From: Planctomycetota bacterium
GTDB taxonomy: Bacteria > Planctomycetota > UBA8108 > SXIK01
Length of the DNA: 64,000 nucleotides
Assembly: GCA_965223265.1 (NCBI GenBank)
Contig: OZ244999.1
Location: 320,001-384,000, forward strand
Reading direction: 5' to 3'
Shown: in pieces, positions 9,285 to 17,934 of the stretch
Layout: every line of letters begins with the position of its first letter
How positions within the stretch are numbered: the first letter of the stretch is position 1
Notes under the pieces: model-generated
Databases searched by the model: none
What the model was told of the DNA's origin: nothing
Seen by the model: the letters and a program-made list of their open reading frames with translations, nothing else
Program-made: the position numbers and the translations under genes

Positions 9285-11297
9285 TTAGTCGACGTCCGGG
9301 ATCTGCTGAATCTTGATGACGACGAACTCCGCAGGCTTCAGCGGAGCAAAGCCGACTTCGATATTGACGATGCCGAGATTCCTGTCGATGGCTGTCGTTG
9401 TTGTGCCGTCACACTTCACAAAAAATGCAGTGTTGGGGCTGTCACCCTGGAAGGCTCCTTGCCTAAACAAGTTCATCATGAAGGCACCGACGTTCTGCCG
9501 AATTTGCGCCCAGAGAGGCTCGTCATTGGGTTCAAAGACGACCCACTTAGTGCCGCGGAACAGGCTCTCTTCGATCATGAGTGCCAGCCTTCGAATGGGG
9601 ATGTACTTCCACTCTGAAGCTAGTTCATCGGCTCCCAACAGTGTTCGCGCGCCCCATACCACTCTGCCGAAGATTGGAAAGTCGCGAAGGCAGTTGACCC
9701 CTAGAGGGTTGAGCGTACCGTTCTGAGCGTCAGTCAACTGGGCATCGAGTCCGACAGGAGAGAGACCACGCACGCCGGCCTCGATTCCTGCCGGAGCTTT
9801 CCACACCCCTCGTGTGCTGTCTGTGCGCGCGAAGACGCCAGCGACAGTGCCACTGGCACCCACGGAGCGTGCCCGATACTCGTCGAGCGGATCGGGAATC
9901 GATGGGCGTGGAAAAAAGATTGCTGTGTTGCGGTGACGAAAGTCGGAGTGGTCGTCAATCCAGGCCTCCATTTCCTCGACCGTGTTGACGGCCTGAGGAA
10001 TATCGAGGATGTAGAACGATCGACGCTCCTGACAAAACGCCGTGGCTGCTGCGACGACCGCTCGTACCTCTGGGTCAGAGAGATGAGGAACCGCAGCGCG
10101 CGGAATGCAGAGAATATTGAAAAGATCGACATCTGCTAGGCGATGAATTCCCGTCTTCAGGTCGGGGTCGCCGTTGAGCTCTGTCGCGGTTGGGTCGACT
10201 CCGTCCCCACCCGCGAAGTCCGCTTGCCCGACCTGCGCGGCTGCCGAACTCGCGGCTCCTAGGGAATACTCTTGCACGTTCGCGAATTCTCCTCCCCCGG
10301 TCAGGCCGAGAGAGGCCACCACAGATCCTCCGTCTTCTGAAAACGTGATGATCTCGCTTGGCACGAAGCTCCGGGATCTCCGTCCAGTTGTGACTCGTAG
10401 GCGACTACCTACAAGCTCGACGGTCGCACCTGCGAAAGAGGCGTGCGTGGGATCGGTTCCGCTCGCCGGCCGTGATTCTCGGATGGCTTTGGAGAATGCC
10501 TGACGAACTTCTTGCAGGGAACTGGACGTCGTCAAATCGCTGCCGAACGTTCCTCGATGCTGCGGCGGGGGTTCGTCGGGTCCGGTGACGTCGATCAGGA
10601 AGGTTTGACCGTTGAGTGTCGACGGGTCCGCGAGGTTGGTTGAATCGACGACGGCATCTCCTAAAGTTCCTACGACTGCTGGCAGATCAGCTGCAGAGAT
10701 CGATGTCGAGGGCGTCGCATCATGGGCAACTCGGATCAGTCGAGACTCGTCATTGATGACGGTGGGAAAGTACCGCGCGCTGTCCGGCGCCACCGAAAGG
10801 TTGAGAAAAGGGCCTTCCGCGTCAATCACAGCTCCGCTGCCGTCGTATCGCACCACCGTCAAGCCGAAACTGGGCGTACCATCCTGATCTTGTCCGTGCC
10901 GAACGGTCACCCGGAGGCGATTTCCCCAGCCGCCTTCATTTGCGGCTCTCACGGTCATGATTTGGGTTCCGGCAGTGTTCTGAAGGCCGACGCGGGCTGC
11001 ACGAAAGCGCTCGTTGGGATCGGTAGCTGCGGCGTTGTCGCGCCCGACGCGAACCACCCAGGCTTCCGTTCCACCATTGAGGAAAAACTGAGCGATTCCA
11101 TAACTCGCCGGACTCGATTGATCGAGGCCGCCGAAGATTCGGTTGAAGTCGCCCATTCCCTGCACTCGAGCAGCGGTGTCGGTTGGTCCTTCGCGAAAGC
11201 GGTCGACGAATGCGGCGATCGACGTCGCCACTGCCGTGATCGGACGAACCCCGCTCGGCACTTCTTGGACATAGACGCCCGGATAAGAGACCCGCAT
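9285..11297 (-). CDS. Contractile tail sheath protein (Afp2/3/4-like)
   Basis: SYPGVYVQEVPSGVRPI, ARTD..RGVWKAPAG, LNP.GVNCLR, WGARTL, WKYIP.RR, GFAPLKPAEFV; GGAGG RBS upstream. Confidence 0.97.
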   Translation of the reverse strand: MRVSYPGVYVQEVPSGVRPITAVATSIAAFVDRFREGPTDTAARVQGMGDFNRIFGGLDQSSPASYGIAQFFLNGGTEAWVVRVGRDNAAATDPNERFRAARVGLQNTAGTQIMTVRAANEGGWGNRLRVTVRHGQDQDGTPSFGLTVVRYDGSGAVIDAEGPFLNLSVAPDSARYFPTVINDESRLIRVAHDATPSTSISAADLPAVVGTLGDAVVDSTNLADPSTLNGQTFLIDVTGPDEPPPQHRGTFGSDLTTSSSLQEVRQAFSKAIRESRPASGTDPTHASFAGATVELVGSRLRVTTGRRSRSFVPSEIITFSEDGGSVVASLGLTGGGEFANVQEYSLGAASSAAAQVGQADFAGGDGVDPTATELNGDPDLKTGIHRLADVDLFNILCIPRAAVPHLSDPEVRAVVAAATAFCQERRSFYILDIPQAVNTVEEMEAWIDDHSDFRHRNTAIFFPRPSIPDPLDEYRARSVGASGTVAGVFARTDSTRGVWKAPAGIEAGVRGLSPVGLDAQLTDAQNGTLNPLGVNCLRDFPIFGRVVWGARTLLGADELASEWKYIPIRRLALMIEESLFRGTKWVVFEPNDEPLWAQIRQNVGAFMMNLFRQGAFQGDSPNTAFFVKCDGTTTTAIDRNLGIVNIEVGFAPLKPAEFVVIKIQQIPDVD

Positions 11298-11810
11298 GGT
11301 CTACCTCCGTGGATGCGAATGTTGCTCCGCGACGAGTGACAAACTCTCGTCGAATGACCGCCGGCGTGAACGGATTCTGAAGGCCCCTTCACCCCGGCGC
11401 CGAATCCGTGAACTCAGAAAGGGAGCGCCGAAATCCGCTTCGACTTGTCAGCATTTGGTCACGCGGCGAGACCACCGATGACGCTGACTGATCAGCCAAA
11501 CGGTGCCATGGAAAGTCGAGAGAGATTGCGGCTTTATGTCCTCGAGGTATCGGATAGCGCCGTCTCGCACAAGTCATCGTTTCGATGTACTCACATCGAT
11601 GTACTTAGAAGCGATGACGAACAGGAGCTTGATGACAAGGTAAACGACGCGCCTCGTGCAGTCGCGATCGAGTGAGAATCTTGACGGCGTGAAGACTTTT
11701 TCTACATCGCAGTATTTTGTCCTATCATGAGGCTGTGGAGGTTTTCGTCGAACTGGAGGCGTACGATGCATAATGAGCAAGGACGTGCCCCGGTGTTTTC
11801 ATGTCGCTCG

Positions 11811-12833
11811 ATGACTCGATCCTTAGCTACCAGTTTTGGCGCCATCGTTTTGCTTGCGTCCGGTTGTGTGAGTTCTCCTCCTGTTGTGGACGCAACGCGA
11901 GTTTTCCATCGAGCCTTGGCTTTGCGGTGGGCCCCGATTCACTATCAGGACGTGGAGGAGAGCGGGGCCGATGGTTTGCGGGGCAGAGCAGATCTCCTGA
12001 CTGCTGTTGATTTCGATGGCGACTGGGACACCCAAAACAACTGGGAGAACCTTGAAGATCCCTCGAACAGAGTCATCGGGACTTGCTACTATTCGGTGGT
12101 CACCGCTTGCTCGCACTGGTTCGTTCTCTACGCGTTTTACCATCCGCGTGACTGGGAACAGGCGTCGATCGACACTCGTCACGAGATGCATGAAAACGAC
12201 ATGGAAGGCATCTTGTTGGCGATTCGTAGGCCACTCGAGCCAGGCGACGATGCGAAGTTCGGTACGCTCGAAGCGATGATCACGGTCTATCGCGACGATT
12301 TTTTTGCTTACGTCCCCTCTGGGAGTCCGTTCGAGGACGCAGATCGCATCGACGGTGAGATCGGATTCGAGTCGCTGCGCGGAGAGATGCATCCGGTGAC
12401 GGCTCAGGAGGCTCAAGGGCACGGAGTGAAGGCGAGACCGAAAGTCGACGTCTATGGTCGAGATTGGGTGAGATACCGCCCGACTGGCGGACGCGCCACA
12501 GAGACAGTTTCCACGCGTGAGGGAAGCGCAGACTACGAGCTTGTCGACATCTTTGAGTCCGGTGGACTGTGGGCCCATCGGGACGATACGCAGACGTTCG
12601 AGGCTTTTGGGGTTTTTCGCAGTAACAACGGTGGCGAGAGGCGGGCATTCGCGCCCTGGCGATGGCGTGGTCTCTGCTGCGGAGGCCAATCTCCGGGAGG
12701 TGAGATTGCTGTCGATCCGGTGCGACTTCTGAAGGATCAGTTTCGCACCGACGCATTCACCTCGCGATACGAGGAGAATCCCTACTTGGATGCGCCGCAA
12801 TCGACAGATTCTCGAGCGTCGCGAGACCGTTGA
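11811..12833 (+). CDS. Predicted lipoprotein with YHPRDW/HENDMEG motifs (possibly NPP1/Vps62-like fold)
   Basis: Lipobox LLASG-C after ATG 11811; WAPIHYQD, DFDGDW..NNWEN, YAFYHPRDW, HENDMEG; fold assignment tentative. Confidence 0.6.
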   Translation: MTRSLATSFGAIVLLASGCVSSPPVVDATRVFHRALALRWAPIHYQDVEESGADGLRGRADLLTAVDFDGDWDTQNNWENLEDPSNRVIGTCYYSVVTACSHWFVLYAFYHPRDWEQASIDTRHEMHENDMEGILLAIRRPLEPGDDAKFGTLEAMITVYRDDFFAYVPSGSPFEDADRIDGEIGFESLRGEMHPVTAQEAQGHGVKARPKVDVYGRDWVRYRPTGGRATETVSTREGSADYELVDIFESGGLWAHRDDTQTFEAFGVFRSNNGGERRAFAPWRWRGLCCGGQSPGGEIAVDPVRLLKDQFRTDAFTSRYEENPYLDAPQSTDSRASRDR

Positions 12834-13324
12834 CGTCGACGTCGCAGCTTGACGATCATTGCTTCTCGCAAACTCAAGTTCATGCCTGACGAGAAGTGCG
12901 TTTGAACTTGTCCCCGCTGTCTTGTCCGATAGGCCGTGGTGCTACATATAGGCTTTGTTGATACGAATCCGTCTCGGTCATGCTGTGGATGTTGGCGTCG
13001 TAAACGTTTGTTTGTCATCCACATTCGTAGTCTGGACCGCTTACGCTCTTTCGCATTAGCGTAACGGTGATGAGAACGCAATTGACGGACTCTTGAGGTC
13101 TGTGTTTACTGACTCTGTCAACACGGGCGATTGGGGCACTCGATCGGGCGGTTGACTCAGTTGGTCTTCCCACGGCAGAACCATCGCTGCGATGGTTTAG
13201 CCGCTCAGGGTCGAAGCTTCGCACTGGAAGGGCTAGCGATGAATCTTCGCTCACCTGACTAGGATAGCAATTGGGATGCTTGGTCTGGTTACGCGACGCA
13301 AGCGCAGGTTCAGGAGGATAGAGC

Positions 13325-14146
13325 ATGGGAATCGCAGTGAAAGACGAGAGTCGCCGATGGCCAGGTGGGCGAGTTACGTTCAAAAAGGGCTCACCGCCAC
13401 CGACTCTGTGGACAAAGTTCACATCCGCCATTCGCATCATTCATGACTTAACACCGATTCGCATTAGGGTCGCAGACGAGCCTGACGCAGTGTCGGTGAT
13501 TCGTTCAAACGGGGCCCAGTCGTCGCACGTGGGCCGGGCTCCCGATCCGTCGACCCAGTGGCTGACTTACAGCGACAATGCGGCAGTCGGAACCGTACTC
13601 CACGAGATCATGCATGTTCTTGGAGTTGTCCATGAGCACCAGCGACCGGATCGCGACAATTTCGTCACCATCCATTTCGACCGTCTCATGGACAACAAGG
13701 CGCAGTTCTTTAACAAATCAAGTGGTGTCAACACCGTCACCATCGGGCCGTACGACTACGACAGCGTCATGCACCCAAAGGCTGTTTTCTACAGTAGGGA
13801 CGGACGCGTGACGATCGAAGCGCCGCAGCCGATCGGTCAACGCACAACGCTGAGTGCGGGCGACATTCAGGCGCTGAAGGAGATCTACCCGGATGCCGGC
13901 ACTTGGACGCTCCCCAATCCGGATGATGGTGTCGACACAGTGGAGACCATAGAGCAGCCAACTGCAGAGACGACGACCGCGCCCACCTCAATTGCCCTTG
14001 ATCCAGACGGCGTTCTTGAGGTCGGTGGCTGGACGAAAGCGAGCCAGAGGGTGGTGACGCTGAGCTCGTCGTTCTTTGTGGAGGTGACGAATCTGAAGCC
14101 GGATCCGATCGAGGTGGCGGTGCGTGACGTTTCGGCGGATCCGTGA
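13325..14146 (+). CDS. Astacin-family (M12A) zinc metallopeptidase
   Basis: HEIMHVLGVVHEHQRPDRD zinc motif, YDYDSVMH Met-turn, IGQR..LSAGDI; AGGAGG RBS upstream. Confidence 0.92.
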   Translation: MGIAVKDESRRWPGGRVTFKKGSPPPTLWTKFTSAIRIIHDLTPIRIRVADEPDAVSVIRSNGAQSSHVGRAPDPSTQWLTYSDNAAVGTVLHEIMHVLGVVHEHQRPDRDNFVTIHFDRLMDNKAQFFNKSSGVNTVTIGPYDYDSVMHPKAVFYSRDGRVTIEAPQPIGQRTTLSAGDIQALKEIYPDAGTWTLPNPDDGVDTVETIEQPTAETTTAPTSIALDPDGVLEVGGWTKASQRVVTLSSSFFVEVTNLKPDPIEVAVRDVSADP

Positions 14147-14448
14147 GCTTCGCGGACGGATCCGAGCAGCCTCGAAGAGCAGCGCCGCCCCCGTTCCCTG
14201 ACACGACGGCCCGCATGGTTCGATCGGTCTCGTCAGGCGACGAAAGTGAGCAACGCGGAGGAATTCTGTTCGCGATTTGTCCGATATCTTTACGAATCTG
14301 TTGAGCCATCAATAACATTCATACGGGCGGCGTGAGAATCAGCTCCTGGCTAACCAGAGCATGCCAGTCGACGCCCGACGTTTGGCACGCGGCTGGCCGC
14401 CCGTGGACACTTCCTCTCGAAGGTTCTCTAAGGTTGGAGAGTCCTACC

Positions 14449-15993
14449 GTGACCGCGCACACGAAGGTGTTTCTCTCATACAGTAGCGCAGATGCAGAGC
14501 TCGCCCAGCGACTAGCCAAGGACTTGAAGTCCGCCGCCATCGACGTCTGGATTGATCAATGGGAGCTCGAGGTTGGCGAGAAATTTGCCCATAGAATCGA
14601 GAGCGGCGTAGATGCAGCTAGTTTCGTGATCGTCCTACTGACGAAAGCGAGCGTAACTTCCGAGTGGGTCGCCCGCGAGTGGCGCCGCAAGGCTGACGGC
14701 GAGGCTGGCACCAAGAGAGTTCAGGTCGTCCCGGTGCGTGGCGAGGAGTGCGAGATTCCCGATTTTCTGGCTCAGCGCAGCTATGTGAACCTAGCCGGCG
14801 GAAGTTACCCTCTGGGATTCCGGCAGTTGCTGGAGATCCTGCGTCACCATGCAGAAAGCGACGCCATCGAGGTGCCCCGAAACACGATCTTGAAGCAGGA
14901 AGAGTACGCTGGTCAGTGGCTTCCTGTCGTGACCCCGATCACGTTGGAGGTGAGCAGCGACCTGATCCCGCTCTTCGATCAGGATCGCCGCTTTGTGGAC
15001 GAGCTGGCACCGAGAATGCGAGATGCTTTGCGAGCCGAGCTCGGCTTTCCGCTCCCCGGCATCCGCGTGCGAGGCAACGAGACCGACATGCCACCCAGCC
15101 ATGCGCTGCTCATGATTGAAGAAATACCTGAGATCATGTTCCAGGTGGGCCGGGACGAGATGTCGGTCGATGGGTCGGTTGAGAGCCTCGCGGAGCTCGG
15201 AATTACGGCGGAGCCGCGCCTGATAGCTGAGTTGGGCATCCAAGCGAGCATTGCTCCGGTCGACCGCGTTCGAGCCGAGTCGGCGGGCATGGCCACGTGG
15301 GATGCTGCCGAGTACCTATGCCGTGCGTTACAGTTCGAGCTCCGGCGCTGGGCTAGCCTGTTCCTCGACGTGGACGTCACGCGAAAGCTGGTGGACGTGG
15401 TCGCGCGCTCGGCTCCCGAGCTGGTCGCCGAAGCTATTCCGAAGGCGGTGTCCTGGTTCGAGCTCACAGAAGTTCTGATTCTCCTCGTAGAAGAAGACGT
15501 CTACATCAGAGACATGGCTTCGATCCTCGAGGCGCTCTCGCACTGGGACTCTGACCTGCGCGATCCCGTCCTGATGGCGGAGAGGGCGAGGCAAGCGTTG
15601 AGCGCGCAAATCACCGCTCGGCTCCTCCAAGGTCGAGAGTCATTGCCAGTCCTTTTAGTCGATCGCGAGATCGAAGGACTCATGTGCAGTGCAATCCAAC
15701 CGACTCCCGTAGGGTCGTACCTTTCACTCGAGCCGCAGCTCTTAAACGACATCACGGCTGCTGTGCGTAGGGAAGTGAACTCGCTTGGAGCTGAAGCGGC
15801 CGAGGTGACGATCCTGACGTCGGCCTGCGAGATCAGGCGGCATCTCCGAAAGTGCGTGGAGCTTGAGTTCCCTTCACTCCAGGTGGTGTCGCGTCAGGAT
15901 CTCGAGCCCGAAGCACCGATCAAGCCGATCGCTCAGATCAGCCTGAACGTCGCGCGCACTCGCGTCGAAAACGGTGGAGGAACATCGACATGA
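14449..15993 (+). CDS. TIR domain fused to the SctV/FlhA (FHIPEP) cytoplasmic domain, copy 1
   Basis: KVFLSYS...VWIDQWEL.VG...SEWVAREW (TIR), then VVTPITLEV...MRDAL..ELG.PLPGIRVRG...LVEE.V.IRD...GSYLSLEP...EIRRHLRK.VE.EFP; no TM segment; GTG 14449 start inferred (ORF open from 14332). Confidence 0.9.
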   Translation: MTAHTKVFLSYSSADAELAQRLAKDLKSAAIDVWIDQWELEVGEKFAHRIESGVDAASFVIVLLTKASVTSEWVAREWRRKADGEAGTKRVQVVPVRGEECEIPDFLAQRSYVNLAGGSYPLGFRQLLEILRHHAESDAIEVPRNTILKQEEYAGQWLPVVTPITLEVSSDLIPLFDQDRRFVDELAPRMRDALRAELGFPLPGIRVRGNETDMPPSHALLMIEEIPEIMFQVGRDEMSVDGSVESLAELGITAEPRLIAELGIQASIAPVDRVRAESAGMATWDAAEYLCRALQFELRRWASLFLDVDVTRKLVDVVARSAPELVAEAIPKAVSWFELTEVLILLVEEDVYIRDMASILEALSHWDSDLRDPVLMAERARQALSAQITARLLQGRESLPVLLVDREIEGLMCSAIQPTPVGSYLSLEPQLLNDITAAVRREVNSLGAEAAEVTILTSACEIRRHLRKCVELEFPSLQVVSRQDLEPEAPIKPIAQISLNVARTRVENGGGTST

Positions 15994-17585
15994 CTTCGAA
16001 AGTTTCCACAGACGCGGTCTGTTTGTTGATGTCCTTCAGTAGTGAGTACGTCGACCTCGCCCGGCGGCTCAAGGGTGATCTGAGCACGGCAAACCTCCGC
16101 GTGCAGCTCAACCAGTGGGACGGTGGAGGTCGTATGCCCGCCGTTCAGTCTGGTGAACATTGTGTCGACGACGTGAATTTCGTACTGCCCCTGCTGACGC
16201 CTGCGCCGCTCGTCGTGCCTTCTGAGGAGGCCGTAAGCTGGGTCGGTGACGAGTGGAGGCGAGCGATCTACGATCACGCTGACGCTCGAAGCATCCCAAT
16301 ACTCGCTGTCCGGGGGGAGCGCTGCGCTGTTCCCGACTTCCTGAAAAACCGAAGCTTCGCCGATCTCTGCAGGCGCGGCTACACCCTCGAGCTTCGGCGG
16401 TTGGTCGAGACGATTCGCAATCGATCTCAAGACACGAGAATCGTGCTGCCGGACCGTGAGCCGGAGGTCGACGACTCCCGATCAACGGTGGCATCGACGA
16501 CTCCGATCGTACTCGAGTTGAGCGACGAGCTCATGCCGCTCTTCGCAGGTACCAACGGGAAGAGCCGTTTTGTCGAGGAGACTGTTCCTTGCATGCGCGA
16601 CGGGCTGTTCTACGAGCTTGGAGTTCTGTTCCCAGGGGTGCACCTGCGGGTCGCACCAGACTTGTCCGGCTCGTCCTCACGAATCGTGATCAACGACGTT
16701 TCCGAAAAAAGGCTGGAGCTTCGGCTCGAAGATGTGATGGTCAACGACAACGTCGAAGCATTGGCGAAGCGGGGGTTCGTCGCCGAGCCAGCTGTGAACC
16801 CAGCCAACGGACTTTCGTGCGGCTGGATCTCGACTCGCCACGCTGCAGCGGCTGAAGAATGTGGCCTGGCGACATGGGACGTCCATGCGTACGTGATTCT
16901 TGAGCTAACCGCGGTCCTTCGGCGCATCGCAGCGGACTTCGTCGATGCCGACGTGACGCAGGTTTTGTTGGATAGACTCAAGCTCGCCTTTCCGCTGCTC
17001 GTTGAAGAGACCGTTCCAAAGACTGTCTCTCTCTTCATCCTCACCGACGTTCTCAGGAGATTGGTTGCCGAGCGCCTCCCGATTCGCGATTTGCGCCGAA
17101 TCCTGATGGTCGTCGCAAAATGGGGACGCTGCGAAGAGGATCCACTCATGTTGACCGAGTACGTGCGCAGCGGTCTCAAGCGTCAGATCACCCATCGCGT
17201 GAGCCGTGGACAGAACAACCTCACCGTGTTCCTCCTCGATCCCGAGATGGAGACCGCGATCCAGAACGCGACGCGGCAGGCAGCAACTGGCGACTATGTC
17301 GAGCTCGAACCGGACAGTCTCAGACAGATCGTGGCTGCCATCGAGAAGCCCCTGAGTGCCCTCGCTGACGGAAGCTTTCAGCTCCCGTCAATCCTTACCA
17401 CCGCGGAGGTTCGCCCGATTGTACGCCGACTCGTCGCTCCCTGGATGCCGGCGATTGACGTTATCTCGTATCAAGAGATCAGCCAGACTCGCCAAATCGG
17501 AATTCAACCAGTTGGCCGAATTTCTCTCGATGGCTTCGAGCCGCGGCAGGGAATCTGGCCGTATCCAACGCCGTCTCATCAATGA
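15990..17585 (+). CDS. Divergent TIR domain fused to the SctV/FlhA (FHIPEP) cytoplasmic domain, copy 2
   Basis: LLMSFS...SWVGDEWRR...RGERCAVPDFL, then MRDGLFYELGV.FPG, NPANG..CGWI, LRRLVAE..PIRDLR, LTEYVR..LKR.I, LLDPE.E, SYQEI, IQPVGRISL; ATGA overlap with copy 1. Confidence 0.9.
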   Translation: MTSKVSTDAVCLLMSFSSEYVDLARRLKGDLSTANLRVQLNQWDGGGRMPAVQSGEHCVDDVNFVLPLLTPAPLVVPSEEAVSWVGDEWRRAIYDHADARSIPILAVRGERCAVPDFLKNRSFADLCRRGYTLELRRLVETIRNRSQDTRIVLPDREPEVDDSRSTVASTTPIVLELSDELMPLFAGTNGKSRFVEETVPCMRDGLFYELGVLFPGVHLRVAPDLSGSSSRIVINDVSEKRLELRLEDVMVNDNVEALAKRGFVAEPAVNPANGLSCGWISTRHAAAAEECGLATWDVHAYVILELTAVLRRIAADFVDADVTQVLLDRLKLAFPLLVEETVPKTVSLFILTDVLRRLVAERLPIRDLRRILMVVAKWGRCEEDPLMLTEYVRSGLKRQITHRVSRGQNNLTVFLLDPEMETAIQNATRQAATGDYVELEPDSLRQIVAAIEKPLSALADGSFQLPSILTTAEVRPIVRRLVAPWMPAIDVISYQEISQTRQIGIQPVGRISLDGFEPRQGIWPYPTPSHQ

Positions 17586-17934
17586 TGATGAAGGCTCTGT
17601 GAGGCGTTGAGTTCGATTTTGACCTCCGTCGGCAATTAAGCGGGGATGCCCTGGAGCGAACCCAACGATCATTTTCTGGCAAGATCCAAATCTTCGCGTG
17701 CCCGAAAGATGTTCGTCGTCGGAAGGCTTTTTGATTACAGCGAGCTTCGATAACCCATCGTGCCGCGCTTCCACACGTCTTCGCTGCGCGCAGATTGGTC
17801 GCACTTCTCGCTTGAGCACTTTAAGACGGTTCGGTTATTCTAGCTGATACTTCGCCGGATGCGCAGGTTCACCGCGACGCCGTTGGTCCCAACGGAACGG
17901 CGCTGGACCCGCGGGCTTGTGGATCGAGGCAGTC

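Noticed and set aside
6-11297. Prophage or T6SS
   Set aside because: No capsid, portal, terminase or integrase and no TssJLM/ClpV; DUF4255 plus an Afp15-type ATPase indicates eCIS.
12860-12910. Interleaved inverted repeats (cttctcg/cgagaag, caagttca/tgaacttg) as a riboswitch or ncRNA
   Set aside because: Stems are short and match no family I can recognise; an Rfam/Infernal search would be needed.
14449-17585. Calling these genes sctV/flhA of a type III secretion or flagellar locus
   Set aside because: The N-terminal membrane domain is replaced by TIR, and no other export-apparatus genes are in the window.
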